From Gemmatimonas sp. (GTDB lineage Bacteria > Gemmatimonadota > Gemmatimonadetes > Gemmatimonadales > Gemmatimonadaceae): DNA of 64,000 nucleotides. Position 1 is the stretch's first letter. Every line of letters begins with the position of its first letter. Shown here piece after piece: positions 46,060 to 56,956 of this stretch. The stretch lies in the NCBI GenBank assembly GCA_965279375.1, contig OZ257156.1, positions 64,001-128,000 on the forward strand, read 5' to 3'. The position numbers and the translations under genes were made by a program. Below the pieces are notes generated by a model. It worked only from the letters and a program-made list of their open reading frames with translations. It did no database searches and had not been told where the DNA came from.

Positions 46060-47436
46060 TCAGAACGCGCCGAACGACGACCCCAGCAGCAGCAACGCAG
46101 CAAGCGCGATGATCGGGACGAGCACGGACACGACGAAGATGTCCAGGTACGATTCCCTGTGTGTGAGCTGACAGATCACCAGCAACGAGATGACCGCACC
46201 GTTGTGCGGTAGCGAGTCGAGGCCGCCCGATGCGACGGCCGCGACGCGATGCAAGAGCTCGGGACTCACGCCTGCGTTGGTACCCAGCTCCAGATACGTC
46301 TTGCCCAGCATGTTCAGGGCGATGCTGAGCCCACCCGATGCGGATCCGGTCACACCCGCCATGATGTTCACGGCGATGGCTTCGGAGATGAGCGGATTGC
46401 CTGGGGAAATGCCGACGACGGCGTTGCGAATGACCTCGAACGCCGCCAGCGCCGCAATCACGGAGCCGTAGCCCACCTCCGACGCGGTGTTGAAGATCGG
46501 CAGGAGCGCGCCGAGTGTGCCTTCGTTGACGGAGGCCTTGAGGTCGTGCCAGCGACGCCAGTTGATGCCGATGGTCACCACCATCGCGGTGAAGATGGCC
46601 GCGATCAGCGACCAGACGCCGCGGACATCGTTGAGGGTCACCTTGCCGAATTTCGCGTCCGCCAGGTACGTCGTGTCCATCGCCGGAATGATCCATCGCG
46701 TGCACACGAAGTTGAGCGCGATGACCAGCACCACCGGCAACAAAGCGACCAGCAGCGACGGACGCTCCCCGCGCGTCACCGCCACCAGCGTCTCCGTTGG
46801 GTGCGCGCCGTATCCTTCGCCGCCAGCCTTGGCGAGACGCGCGCGCCGCGAGAGCCACCACATGCCGCCGCCGAACATGATGGCACCCGCGATCGTGCCG
46901 AGTCCCGGTGCCGCGAACGCATCGGTGCCGAAGTACGGCATCGGGATAGCGTTCTGAATGGCGGGCGTACCGGGGAGCGCCGTCATCGTGAACGTGGCCG
47001 ACCCCAGCACCAACGCGGCCGGCATGAGGCGTTTGGGAATGCCGGCTTCACGGAAGAGCGCCGCCCCCACGGGATACGCCGCGAACGCCACGACGAACAC
47101 CGACACACCGCCATACGTGAGAATCGCGCACGAAAGCACGAGCGCCATCACGGCGCGATGAGCGCCGATGCCCGCCACAATGCTGCGCGCGATCGTATCC
47201 GCCGATCCTGAGTCGCTCATCAGTCGGCCGAAGACCGCTCCGAGCATGAAGAGCGGAAAGTATTTGATGAGAAAGCCGCCCAGCCCCGTCATGAAGACCT
47301 GCGTGTACATCGCGAGCAGGCGCGTATCGCCACCAAGCAGTACGGCCAGCAGCGCCAGAAGAGGCGCGAGCACCAATACCGAATAGCCGCGATACGCGAG
47401 CCAGATCAGCAGCGCGAGCGAAATGAGGATCGACAT
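46060..47436 (-). CDS. GntP family permease (3-hydroxybutyrate permease-like)
   Basis: LTYGGVSVFVVAFA, FTMTALPGTPAIQNAIP, GSASGGL, LDSLPHNGAV. Confidence 0.9.
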   Translation of the reverse strand: MSILISLALLIWLAYRGYSVLVLAPLLALLAVLLGGDTRLLAMYTQVFMTGLGGFLIKYFPLFMLGAVFGRLMSDSGSADTIARSIVAGIGAHRAVMALVLSCAILTYGGVSVFVVAFAAYPVGAALFREAGIPKRLMPAALVLGSATFTMTALPGTPAIQNAIPMPYFGTDAFAAPGLGTIAGAIMFGGGMWWLSRRARLAKAGGEGYGAHPTETLVAVTRGERPSLLVALLPVVLVIALNFVCTRWIIPAMDTTYLADAKFGKVTLNDVRGVWSLIAAIFTAMVVTIGINWRRWHDLKASVNEGTLGALLPIFNTASEVGYGSVIAALAAFEVIRNAVVGISPGNPLISEAIAVNIMAGVTGSASGGLSIALNMLGKTYLELGTNAGVSPELLHRVAAVASGGLDSLPHNGAVISLLVICQLTHRESYLDIFVVSVLVPIIALAALLLLGSSFGAF

Positions 47437-47446
47437 CGTGCGCCCT

Positions 47447-49305
47447 CTACTTCCCACCTCCACTCGGCGGCAGCGACGCGGCGTACTTCCACTGCGCCTG
47501 ATAGTCGCGCGTCAGCGGCTGCTTGAGCATGAGACTCCGCACCATCTCCACCGGCATCGTGCCGCGCGTGTAGATGAAATCGTGGAACGTACGGTTCGAC
47601 ATTTTGCCGCCGTCCACCACCTCGTGATGTAGCGCGCGGAACTGCAGGCCGCCCATCATGTAGGCCACCTGATAAAGCGGACCGTAGCTGCCGTTGAATG
47701 AGCGACGTACTTCGGCGGTGGCATTGGCACGCTCGTGCCCGACCTTGTCGATCAGGAACTCGATGCACTGCTGCGGCGTCCAGTTGCCCAAGTGAAAATT
47801 GAGCGAGAAGATGATTCGCGCCGCGCGGTGCATGCGCCAGAAGAGCGCGCCGATCCGGTCTTCCGGCTTGGCGTGATAGCCCAAGTCCCAGAAGATGGTT
47901 TCCCAGTAGAACGCGGCGCCCTCGGTCCAGAAGGGCGTGCGGAACTCGCCGCGATAGTCGGCGTAGCGCGCGTTCATGAAGCCCTGCAGATGATGCCGGG
48001 AATCATCTCGTGAAAGACGGTCGCGTGTGAGAAGTGCGGGTTGTTGCCGCGCATCGACATCATCTTGTCGTCGTCCGACATCGAGTCGGTGGGATAGGAC
48101 ACCTGCAGCACTTCACCGCCCAGAAAGAACGGGCTCACCTTCTGTCGCTCTGGCGAGAGCATTTCGATGCGCCAGATGTCCTGCGCCAGCGCCGGAATGG
48201 TGATGAGATCGTGTTTCTTGAGGAATGCGAGTCCGTCGAACTCGAGATCGCGCACCATGTTGACCTGATCGCCAGGTGGCACGGCCGACTGCTTGACCTT
48301 CTCCATCGCCGCCTTCCAGTCGTCGCCGAAGCCCATTTCGCGCGCGGCTTTCTTCATCTCCGACTCGCCCCACGTCAGCTCCTGCTGCGCGATCGCCATG
48401 AGTTCTTCCGGCGAGTACGCAATCATCTCGTGCCGCAGATCGGCGAGGATGGCAGCGCGCCCGATCGGCAGGCCGACGATCGGCTCGTCTTCACCGGGAC
48501 GGATCCCGACGATGCGCGTGCGCAGCGTGCGCGTGAGTGCGGTGATGGATGTATCCGCCGCGCGATACGACATGCGCGTCCACCAGGTGAACATCGGGTC
48601 GTATCCGTCGTAGAACTTATACCAGCTCTGCATGGTGCTCTTCACCTGCGCGAGCACTTCCACCGCGCGATACGCCGCAACTTTGCTGGGCCGTCCCGGT
48701 TTGGCGGAATCACGCGGCGTGAGGCTATCGAGCCGAGCCCGTACCGCATTGGCCATTGCGGCCACATGCTCCAGCGCCTTGGCAGACAGCTGCGGATCGA
48801 CGGTGCGCATCTCACGACGCATCGCTTCGAGCGCGAAGACGGTGTCCGCGAAGGGCATCAGCGGTGCGATGTCGCGCCACACGTTGGCATCGAGGACCGC
48901 CTGCGCCTGCTCGCTCTCGATCTTGTTGCGCAGCAGCACGTAGTCGGCCTTGGCGTCGGCGCTCAGCTTGCCGAAGTCCACCGCCGCCAACTTGCTCAAC
49001 CACGCCGCGTAGAACGCGTCCATCACGCGCCGCTGCGTCGGTGAGTAGCCCACGCGGTAGCGCCGCAGCAATCCCTGCCGATCCGCGCTGTAGCGCTCCA
49101 CGACACCACGGAACTCGCTGCCGCGATCGGCGAGCAGCGCCGCGACATCCGGCGTGTACACCGCGGGATCGAGCTGCACATTCTGGTCGGTCGGCTTGGC
49201 GCGCTGCTGCGCGGACATCGGCGCGGCAGTCGCAAGCAATGCGAGAAGCGCGACGCGACGCCAGCGGGCGGCGGGCGATTCAAAGTGAACGTAGCGAACG
49301 GCCAT
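47447..49305 (-). pseudogene. DUF885 family protein split by a 1-nt frameshift (pseudogene or sequencing error)
   Basis: Upstream frame ends HEMIPG|IICRAS*; the shifted frame continues HHLQGFMNARY...WTEGAAFYWE...YQVAYMMGGL. One base is missing at ~47995/47996. Confidence 0.85.
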
Positions 49306-49377
49306 GGGGTGGCGGAGGCAGAGCGTGAAGGAACGGTCGCGCGTAGGCGCAGCTGACCGTTGCAACGCTACGACCTC

Positions 49378-49806
49378 TCAGCCGATTCGCAATATCTCGA
49401 TCGCCTGTCGCGTCGCCTCGGGAATCGGGGTGGGACGACGCGTCTCCCGATTGACGTACACGTGGGCAAAGTGGCCCGCCGCGGCCGGGAGTTCATCGCC
49501 CTGCCGATAGATCGCCAACTCGTAGCGCACACTGCTCGACCCGATCTGCGTCACTCGCAGCCCTACATCGATGCGATCGGGAAAGGAGAGCGGCTGATAG
49601 AACACGCACTGGGTTTCAACGACGAGGCCGATCGCCGCACTACCGGCGATATCGAGCAATCCCCGCTCCACGAGCCAGCGATTCACCGCGGTGTCGAAGT
49701 AGCTGTAGTACACGACGTTGTTGACATGACCGTATGCGTCATTGTCCATCCAACGCGTGTCCAGTGAAGCGATGTAGGGGAACTCGGACCGTGTGGTATT
49801 CCGCAT
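49378..49806 (-). CDS. Acyl-CoA thioesterase (4HBT/hotdog family)
   Basis: TRWMDNDAYGHVNNVVYYSYFDTAVN, IGSSSVRY, HFAHVYV. Confidence 0.92.
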   Translation of the reverse strand: MRNTTRSEFPYIASLDTRWMDNDAYGHVNNVVYYSYFDTAVNRWLVERGLLDIAGSAAIGLVVETQCVFYQPLSFPDRIDVGLRVTQIGSSSVRYELAIYRQGDELPAAAGHFAHVYVNRETRRPTPIPEATRQAIEILRIG

Positions 49807-49809
49807 CGG

Positions 49810-50985
49810 TCAGAGCACCTCGGTGTAGATGGCAAGCGCATCTTCGTATGTCACGTCGCGCGGATTGTTCACCAGCAGACGCTGCACGGCCATGGCGTCC
49901 GTTGCCAGCTGTGGCAGATCGGTGTGCGTGACGCCGACGTCCCGAAGCTTTCGCTCGAGCCCCGACATCGCCAACAATTCATCGATGGCCTGCACGAATC
50001 CTTCGCCGGCGTCGCCACCGTGGCGCAGGTGCTCTGACGCAGGCGTGATGGCTGGCAGCAGCTCGGCGTAGTGCGCCCGTGCCGCCGGCAAATTGAATTG
50101 CAGCACCGGCACGAGCACGAGCGCGTTGCTCAGTCCATGTGGCACATGAAAACGGCCACCGAGTGGATACGCCAGCGCGTGCACCGCGGCCACTGGTGCG
50201 TTGGCGAACGCCATTCCGGCGAGCATGGAGCCCTGCAGCATCGCGCGCCGCGCGTCGAGATCGCTCGGCTGTGCCAACACGATCGGCAAGTTGGCCGATA
50301 GCAATTGCAGCGCGCGCACGGCGAGCGTATCGGACAGGACGTTCTTGCGATGCCGAGTCGTGTACGCTTCGATCGCGTGCACCATTGCGTCGATACCGGT
50401 CATCGCGGTGACACGCGCCGGCAGCGCTAACGTCAGCGTCGCATCGAGCACTGCGACATCGGCGTACAACAGGCGTGAGACGACGCCCTGCTTGGCGCCG
50501 CTGGGCGTTGTCACGATGGCGATCGGCGTGACTTCCGACCCCGTGCCCGAGGTCGTCGGTACTTGCAGCAGCGGCAGGCGCGCTCCGGTGGCCTTGTCCA
50601 CTCCGTAGGCCGACTCGAGCGTGCAGGTTCCCGTTGCCAGCAACGCCACGAGCTTCGCCGTATCCATCGAGCTGCCGCCGCCCACACCGATGACGCCGTC
50701 CACGCGCGCCCGCTGTGCGAGCTCCGTCGCCGCGATGACGCACGTCTCGGGCGGATCCCCGAGCACATCGGCGAAGACGGTTACCCCGACGCCGAAAGCC
50801 TCGAACGATGCCAGCGCCTCTTCCAGAATGCCGGCCGCCAGCAGTCCGCGGTCCGTCACGACCAGCGCATGCGTGATGCCCGCGTCGCGCGCATGGCGGC
50901 CAAGCTCCGCCGCAGCACCGTCCTGACAGATCACGCGCGGCACCGTCTCGAAGACGAACCCACCGGCGCCGTGCACAATACTCAC
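49810..50985 (-). CDS. Iron-containing alcohol dehydrogenase
   Basis: GGGSSMDTAK, VPTTSGTGSEVT, DAMVHAIEAY, HALAYPLG, HGLSNA. Confidence 0.93.
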   Translation of the reverse strand: MSIVHGAGGFVFETVPRVICQDGAAAELGRHARDAGITHALVVTDRGLLAAGILEEALASFEAFGVGVTVFADVLGDPPETCVIAATELAQRARVDGVIGVGGGSSMDTAKLVALLATGTCTLESAYGVDKATGARLPLLQVPTTSGTGSEVTPIAIVTTPSGAKQGVVSRLLYADVAVLDATLTLALPARVTAMTGIDAMVHAIEAYTTRHRKNVLSDTLAVRALQLLSANLPIVLAQPSDLDARRAMLQGSMLAGMAFANAPVAAVHALAYPLGGRFHVPHGLSNALVLVPVLQFNLPAARAHYAELLPAITPASEHLRHGGDAGEGFVQAIDELLAMSGLERKLRDVGVTHTDLPQLATDAMAVQRLLVNNPRDVTYEDALAIYTEVL

Positions 50986-51878
50986 GCTGCGTCCCGTGCG
51001 CGGGCGCGCCCCACCACCAGCGTCACGTTGTCCGAGCCGCCGCGATCGAGCACGAGCGCCAACAATGAGCGACAGGCCTGCTCGGACGAGGTCATGGTGC
51101 GCAACGCCTCGGAGATCTCGTCATCGGAGACGTGCTTGGTTAACCCATCGCTGCAGACGAGAATCACACTGCCGATCTGCTCGACGTTCACACGCGACAC
51201 TTCGGGGACAGCCTCGTTCGCGCCAATCGCGCTCGAAAGCACATGACTCAGCGGAGACGCCTGTGCGCGTTCTGGCGTGAGCAGGCCGCGATCCACCAGA
51301 TCCTGCGCCACGGTCTGATCGCGCGTCACCTGCCGAAGTGCACCGTCCTCAAAGAAATAGCAACGGGAATCGCCGACCTGCAGCACGTAGAGCCAAGGCC
51401 ACACGACAATGCCGACGGACAGCGTCGTCGCCATTTGCCGACCGCCCAGATGCTCCCGCGCCTCGGCTCGCACCGTCTCGTGCGCTTCCTGCGCCGCCGC
51501 CCGCAGCGCTTCGATGAACTCATTGTCGTCGGAGGTGCCCACCGTGTGGTAGCATCGCAGCGTCGAACTCACGTAGCGCATGATGGTCTGCGTGGCCAGC
51601 CGACTCGCCTCGCTGCCGGCCGCGCTTCCGCCCACGCCATCGGCCACCACGAGAATCGTGGCCAGTCGCTGACCAGTCGACTCCAGGCTGGTCGCGTCAG
51701 GCAGACTGGTGCCGTGCAGCGCCAGCTGCGCGTGCAGCGTGGCCAGCAGGAAATGATCCTGATTCTCCTGACGGACCAGTCCGATGTGCGTGAGGCCGAA
51801 CATATCAAGTTCGTCGTCGCGTGGCCGGTCAGTGCGCACCACGCCTGCGTCGGCGTCGGTCGCGGTAAGAGACATCAT
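50982..51878 (-). CDS. PP2C family Ser/Thr protein phosphatase
   Basis: GLVRQENQD, VADGVGG, VGDSRCY, TRDQT, CSDGL, GGSDNVT; ATGA overlap with the upstream gene. Confidence 0.92.
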   Translation of the reverse strand: MMSLTATDADAGVVRTDRPRDDELDMFGLTHIGLVRQENQDHFLLATLHAQLALHGTSLPDATSLESTGQRLATILVVADGVGGSAAGSEASRLATQTIMRYVSSTLRCYHTVGTSDDNEFIEALRAAAQEAHETVRAEAREHLGGRQMATTLSVGIVVWPWLYVLQVGDSRCYFFEDGALRQVTRDQTVAQDLVDRGLLTPERAQASPLSHVLSSAIGANEAVPEVSRVNVEQIGSVILVCSDGLTKHVSDDEISEALRTMTSSEQACRSLLALVLDRGGSDNVTLVVGRARARDAA

Positions 51879-52957
51879 CGGCTCCACCGAAAGTGGCTGA
51901 TTACAGGAAAGTGATCGCTGGTCGTGCGCCGATAGTTCGGCAGAAAGCGATCGACTCGGTACACCTCGATGGAGTTGGAGAGCTCCAGACCGGCGAGGGC
52001 ACGTGACGCCAAGTGATGATCAATCATTTCCCGGAAGGTGGCAGTACTCGAGACATTGCGTGCGGAGAGCGGCGCGGTGAGAAAGCGAAAGTGTTCGCGA
52101 TCTTCACCAATCATGGCGTATGGCGAGGGCTGGCCACGGGTGACCGACCGATCGACATCGTCATTGAAATCACCGACCACCAGCACGCGTGCTGCGGACA
52201 ATTCTTCGCGAACATACTGCTGCAGCGCCGCCGCCGCACGCGAGCGCCGATTCCAGCTGCTCTGATCGGCACTCGCCTTCATGTGCAGCACGATCAGCAC
52301 CAGGTCGCCCGTACGTCCGTCGAGCTTGACCCGAAAGCGCACCTGCAGCGGCGGTCGACCGGCAAAGTCATCGTTGAACTGCGGCAGAATCACTTTGGCA
52401 TCGCGGAGCGTCACGAGCCCTCGTTTGAACAGCACACCAACCTTCTGCTCGGTCGCGCTGTAGTACGACGCCCGGCTGGTCACGGGCCCCTCGTTGGCGA
52501 GAAAGCCGTCGTACCCGGGGAGCGCCGCCTTCAGCCGAGCCCACGCACCCATGTCTACGACCTCGGCGACGCCCCAGATGTCCACGTCGGTCCCCAGGAT
52601 CACGTCGCGGACGTTGTCTCCCTGCTGCCGGTCGTTGTCGGGGGCGTGCGTCGGGTCGCCGAACCACTCGATGTTCCAACTCGCGACATCGAGGGTGCTG
52701 TCGCTGCCGCGCGAAAGCACGGTTGACGGGCCTCGTGTCTGCCTGGGGCGTCCGGGCTCCGCCTGGGTGGTCGACCCGCCCTGCGGGGCCGGCGGAGCAA
52801 AGTCCCCACGAACGACCGCCTTGGGCTTCGAATCTGCGCCGCACGCGATCGCGGCGAGCAGCAGCCCCAAGCGTGCATGGGCCAGGGACCGTCGGGCGTG
52901 GCGAAGGGAATGGCTGGGAATGAGGATGTCTCCACGAAGTGAACTGATCGGCGGCAA
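51875..52957 (-). CDS. Endonuclease/exonuclease/phosphatase family lipoprotein
   Basis: LLLAAIAC lipobox; SWNIEWF, VAEV, LHMKA, VGDFND, IDH, SDHFPV. Start uncertain. Confidence 0.85.
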   Translation of the reverse strand: MPPISSLRGDILIPSHSLRHARRSLAHARLGLLLAAIACGADSKPKAVVRGDFAPPAPQGGSTTQAEPGRPRQTRGPSTVLSRGSDSTLDVASWNIEWFGDPTHAPDNDRQQGDNVRDVILGTDVDIWGVAEVVDMGAWARLKAALPGYDGFLANEGPVTSRASYYSATEQKVGVLFKRGLVTLRDAKVILPQFNDDFAGRPPLQVRFRVKLDGRTGDLVLIVLHMKASADQSSWNRRSRAAAALQQYVREELSAARVLVVGDFNDDVDRSVTRGQPSPYAMIGEDREHFRFLTAPLSARNVSSTATFREMIDHHLASRALAGLELSNSIEVYRVDRFLPNYRRTTSDHFPVISHFRWSR

Positions 52958-53087
52958 TGTCAGGCGAAGTAAAGTGTATCGCTGGACGAGCCGAGGTTCA
53001 GCCCCGAGATTTCACTGATGCAGCGGGCAGGGCGAAGCTACCGGACGTCGGAGCTCGTCGTGCGCTGTCCCACCCCGAGGAACCGCG

Positions 53088-53591
53088 ATGAAGCTTCGCC
53101 TGAAAGTGAACGGTCAGGCCAAAACGGCCGACGTTCCCGCCGACATGCCTTTGCTCTGGGCACTGCGTGACGTGCTCGACATGAAGGGAACCAAGTTCGG
53201 TTGCGGTGCCGCACAGTGCGGCGCGTGCACGGTGCACATCGACGGCAAGCCGAAACGCTCCTGCCAGGTGACGGCGGCTTCCGTGCAGGGCACGGAGATC
53301 ACCACCATCGAAGGGCTCTCGCCGGATGGGACGCACGCGCTGCAGCAGGCGTGGGAAGAGCTCGACGTGCCGCAGTGTGGCTACTGTCAGGCGGGCCAAC
53401 TCATGTCCGCCGCCGCGCTCCTCGCCAAGACGCCCAAGCCCACCGACGCCGAAATCGATACGGCGATGAACGGCAACCTCTGTCGCTGCGCCACGTACCT
53501 GCGCATTCGTGCGGCCATTCACCGCGCCGCCGAGATCAAGGCGACGGGCCCGCGTGGCGCGGGTAGCGGCGCACCGGGAGGAGCTCGCTGA
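53088..53591 (+). CDS. iorA: (2Fe-2S)-binding small subunit, isoquinoline 1-oxidoreductase alpha-like
   Basis: [34 protein letters not shown]. Confidence 0.9.
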   Translation: MKLRLKVNGQAKTADVPADMPLLWALRDVLDMKGTKFGCGAAQCGACTVHIDGKPKRSCQVTAASVQGTEITTIEGLSPDGTHALQQAWEELDVPQCGYCQAGQLMSAAALLAKTPKPTDAEIDTAMNGNLCRCATYLRIRAAIHRAAEIKATGPRGAGSGAPGGAR

Positions 53592-55852
53592 TGTCCACCA
53601 CGACCAAGAAGCCCGTCGACACGAACGCTGACGCCAAGGCGCCGTTCTCCCGTCGCGATTTCCTGAAGGTCTCCGCCATCGCCGGCGGCGGTGTGCTGCT
53701 CGCCAGCTACTTCGAGCCGCTCTCCGCGCTCGAGCCAGGCGTCGCCGCGCTCGGCGGATCGCGTCTCGCCGACCCGATGCTCAACGCCTTCGTGCGCATC
53801 ACCGCCGACGGCATCGTCACCATCACCGCAAAGAACCCCGAGTGCGGCCAGGGCATCAAGACGATGCTGCCGATGCTCATCGCGGAAGAGTTGGACGTGG
53901 ACTGGAAGAACGTCCGCATCGAGCAGGGCAACTACGATCCCGTGAAGTTCACGGCGCAGGTGGCCGGCGGCAGCACCGCCACGCCGACCAACTGGTTGCC
54001 GCAGCGCCGCGTCGGTGCCGCCGCACGTGCCATGCTGGTGGCGGCCGCCGCGCAGCAGTGGAACGTCCCCGCCTCCGAGTGCGAAACGTCCATGGGCGTC
54101 GTGAAGCACACGCCGAGCGGTCGCACGCTGACGTACGGCGCGCTGGCGACGGCGGCCGCGTCCATCGCCGCGCCCGATCTCGCGACGGTGAAGCTCAAGG
54201 ACCCGAAGGATTTCAAGATCATCGGCACCAAGGTCAAGAACGTCGACGTGAAGGCGATCGTGACCGGCAAGCCGCTCTTCGGTATCGACGTGTCGGTGCC
54301 GGGGATGCTCTACGCGTCGTTCGTGAAGGCGCCGGTGTTCGGCGCCAAGGTTGCCACGGCCAACGTCGATGAGCTCAAGAAGCTGCCGGGCGTCAAGCAC
54401 GCGTTCATCGTCAACGGCGAGACGGCACTGAATGGCTTGCTGGGCGGCGTGGCGATCGTGGCCGACACGTGGTGGACCACGCAGACGGCGCGCAACAAGC
54501 TCAAGGTCACCTGGGCGGAGCATCCCACGTCGGCGCAGAGCACGGCCAGCTACAACGCCAAGGCCGCCGAACTCGCCGCGCAGCCGCCGCAGCGCTCCAT
54601 CCGCAAGGACGGCGACGCTGACGCTGCGATGGCGAGCGGCAAGAGCGTGAAGGGCTCGTACTACTATCCGTTCATCGCGCACGCACCGCTCGAGCCGCAG
54701 AACTGCACGGCGAGCTATGCCAACGGCGCACTCGAGATCTGGGCGCCCACGCAGAATCCCGCTCCAGGTCGCGCCCTCGTCGCCAAGACGCTTGGCCTGA
54801 AGGAAGACGCCATCACGGTGTACATGACGCGTTGCGGTGGTGGCTTCGGTCGTCGCCTGAGCAACGACTACATGGTCGAAGCGGCGTGGATCGCGAAGGA
54901 GATCGGCGCGCCGGTCAAGCTGTTGTGGACGCGTGAAGACGACATGCAGCACGACATGTATCGCCCCGCAGGCTGGCACAATCTCGCCGGTGCGGTCGAT
55001 GCAAGCGGCAAGCTGACGGCGTGGCAGAATCACTTCATCTCGTTCGGTGAAGGCGCCAACTTCGGATCGTCGGCGGGCATCACGGGTGCGGAGTTCCCGG
55101 CCAAGTTCATTCCCAACTTCTCGCTCTCCGCGTCGGTGATGCCGTCGGGCGTGCCGATGGGACCGCTGCGCGCACCGGGCAGCAACGGCATCGCCTTCGC
55201 CACGCAGTCGTTCATCGACGAGTTGGCGCACGCGGCGGGCAAGGATCCGATGCAGTTCCGCATGGACCTGCTGATGAACACGCCCATCGCCGATCCACCG
55301 GCCGCTGACGGTCGCCCCGCGCAGCCCGGCTTCGATGGTCCGCGCATGGCCGCTGTCGTGAAAGAAGTCGCGACGCGCTCCGGCTGGGGCAAGTCGCTCC
55401 CCAAGGGCACGGGCATGGGCATCGCGTTCCACTTCAGCCATCGTGGCTACGTCGCTGAAGTCGTGCAGGCCACGGTGACCAAGGCCGGCAAGTTGACGGT
55501 CGACAAGGTCTGGGCGGTCGCCGATGTCGGCAGCGAGATCATCAACCCACTCGGCGCGGAAACGCAGGTGCAGGGTGCCGTGCTCGATGGTCTCGCGCAA
55601 GCCCTTGGTCAGGAAATCACCTTCGAGAAGGGTGCCGCGGTCGAAGGCAATTTCGACGAATTCCTGCTCCTGACGCACGCACAGGCGGTGCCGGTGGACG
55701 TGTACTTCAAGAAGAGCACGAACGCTCCGACCGGATTGGGCGAGCCGGCGTTGCCGCCAGCGGTACCGGCACTGACCAACGCGATCTTTGCGGCCACGGG
55801 CAAGCGGATTCGCACGCTGCCGCTTTCCAAACACGATCTGAGCTGGAGCTGA
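53591..55852 (+). CDS. iorB: Tat-exported molybdopterin oxidoreductase large subunit, isoquinoline 1-oxidoreductase beta-like
   Basis: SRRDFLK Tat motif; ECGQG, AEELDVDW, HAPLEPQNC, GGGFGRR, LRAPG, GLGEP. Confidence 0.9.
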   Translation: MSTTTKKPVDTNADAKAPFSRRDFLKVSAIAGGGVLLASYFEPLSALEPGVAALGGSRLADPMLNAFVRITADGIVTITAKNPECGQGIKTMLPMLIAEELDVDWKNVRIEQGNYDPVKFTAQVAGGSTATPTNWLPQRRVGAAARAMLVAAAAQQWNVPASECETSMGVVKHTPSGRTLTYGALATAAASIAAPDLATVKLKDPKDFKIIGTKVKNVDVKAIVTGKPLFGIDVSVPGMLYASFVKAPVFGAKVATANVDELKKLPGVKHAFIVNGETALNGLLGGVAIVADTWWTTQTARNKLKVTWAEHPTSAQSTASYNAKAAELAAQPPQRSIRKDGDADAAMASGKSVKGSYYYPFIAHAPLEPQNCTASYANGALEIWAPTQNPAPGRALVAKTLGLKEDAITVYMTRCGGGFGRRLSNDYMVEAAWIAKEIGAPVKLLWTREDDMQHDMYRPAGWHNLAGAVDASGKLTAWQNHFISFGEGANFGSSAGITGAEFPAKFIPNFSLSASVMPSGVPMGPLRAPGSNGIAFATQSFIDELAHAAGKDPMQFRMDLLMNTPIADPPAADGRPAQPGFDGPRMAAVVKEVATRSGWGKSLPKGTGMGIAFHFSHRGYVAEVVQATVTKAGKLTVDKVWAVADVGSEIINPLGAETQVQGAVLDGLAQALGQEITFEKGAAVEGNFDEFLLLTHAQAVPVDVYFKKSTNAPTGLGEPALPPAVPALTNAIFAATGKRIRTLPLSKHDLSWS

Positions 55853-55871
55853 TCTCGTGCGTACATCGAAC

Positions 55872-56948
55872 ATGCGTGTTTCGTTGACGTCTACGCTGTT
55901 CCTCACCGCCGCCGTTGCGTTCGTCGCAACGGCGGCGGTGCCGCGTGGTGCCTTTGCACAATCGAGTGCGACGATGGCGCCCACCAACGACGCGCCCAAT
56001 GCGTACCGCACCATCGAAGGGTGGGCGAAGCTGCCCGCCGGACGCACGTGGGGATCAACCAGCGCCGTCGCGATCGACAAGGACGGCAAGCATATCTGGG
56101 TGGGCGAGCGGTGCGGCGTGAACAGCTGCGCGACATCGACGCTCGACCCGATCCTCAAGTTCGATATGGCCGGGAACCTGGTGAAGTCGTTCGGCGCGGG
56201 CATGTTGCTCTCGCCGCACGGCATGCACGTCGACGCGCAGGGGAACGTGTGGGCGGTGGATTGCGCGTGCACTGGTGGCGTACCGGCGGGCGACAGCGCT
56301 GGCCCCAAGCGCGGCCACCAGATCTACAAGTTCAGCCCCGATGGCAAGCTGCTGATGACGTTGGGTACCGCTGGTGGCGGTCGCGACGCGGAATTCTTCT
56401 TCCAGCCCAACGCGGTGCTCGTCGCCCCCAACGGCGACATCTTCGTGGCCGAGGGGCATTCGTCGCGCAACACGTCCAACGCACGCGTGCTCAAGTTCTC
56501 CCCCGATGGAAAGCTGCTCAAGCAGTGGGGCAGCTGGGGTACGGGCGCGACGCAGATGGATCAGCCGCATGCGCTGGCCATGGACAGCAAGGGACGGTTA
56601 TTCGTTGGTGACCGTGGCAACGATCGCATCCAGATCTACGATCAGAACGGCACGCTGCTCGACACGTGGTATCAGTTCAGCCGGCCAAGCGGCATCTGGA
56701 TCGACAAGAACGACAACATCTACGTGGCCGATTCGGAATCGGGCTCGGTGGCGCCGCCGCACGCCGCGTGGAAGCGCGGCATTCGCATCGGCAGCGCGCG
56801 CACGGGCAAGGTGACGGGCTTCATCCCCGACCCCGAGGAGAAGCCGCGCAGCACCAGCTCGGCGGAGGGTGTCGCGGTGGACGCGGCCGGCAACATCTAT
56901 GGCGCGGAAGTCGGACAGAAGGCGCTCAAGCGCTACGAGAAGAAGTAG
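55872..56948 (+). CDS. Exported NHL-repeat protein, peptidyl-alpha-hydroxyglycine alpha-amidating lyase (PAL)-like
   Basis: Signal peptide; PHGMHVD, KFSPDGKLL x2, QPHALAMD, GDRGNDRIQ. Confidence 0.85.
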   Translation: MRVSLTSTLFLTAAVAFVATAAVPRGAFAQSSATMAPTNDAPNAYRTIEGWAKLPAGRTWGSTSAVAIDKDGKHIWVGERCGVNSCATSTLDPILKFDMAGNLVKSFGAGMLLSPHGMHVDAQGNVWAVDCACTGGVPAGDSAGPKRGHQIYKFSPDGKLLMTLGTAGGGRDAEFFFQPNAVLVAPNGDIFVAEGHSSRNTSNARVLKFSPDGKLLKQWGSWGTGATQMDQPHALAMDSKGRLFVGDRGNDRIQIYDQNGTLLDTWYQFSRPSGIWIDKNDNIYVADSESGSVAPPHAAWKRGIRIGSARTGKVTGFIPDPEEKPRSTSSAEGVAVDAAGNIYGAEVGQKALKRYEKK

Positions 56949-56956
56949 CGCTCGAG

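Noticed and set aside
53519..56308. 929-aa minus-strand ORF
   Set aside because: Antisense to iorB and the NHL gene, which have clear motifs.
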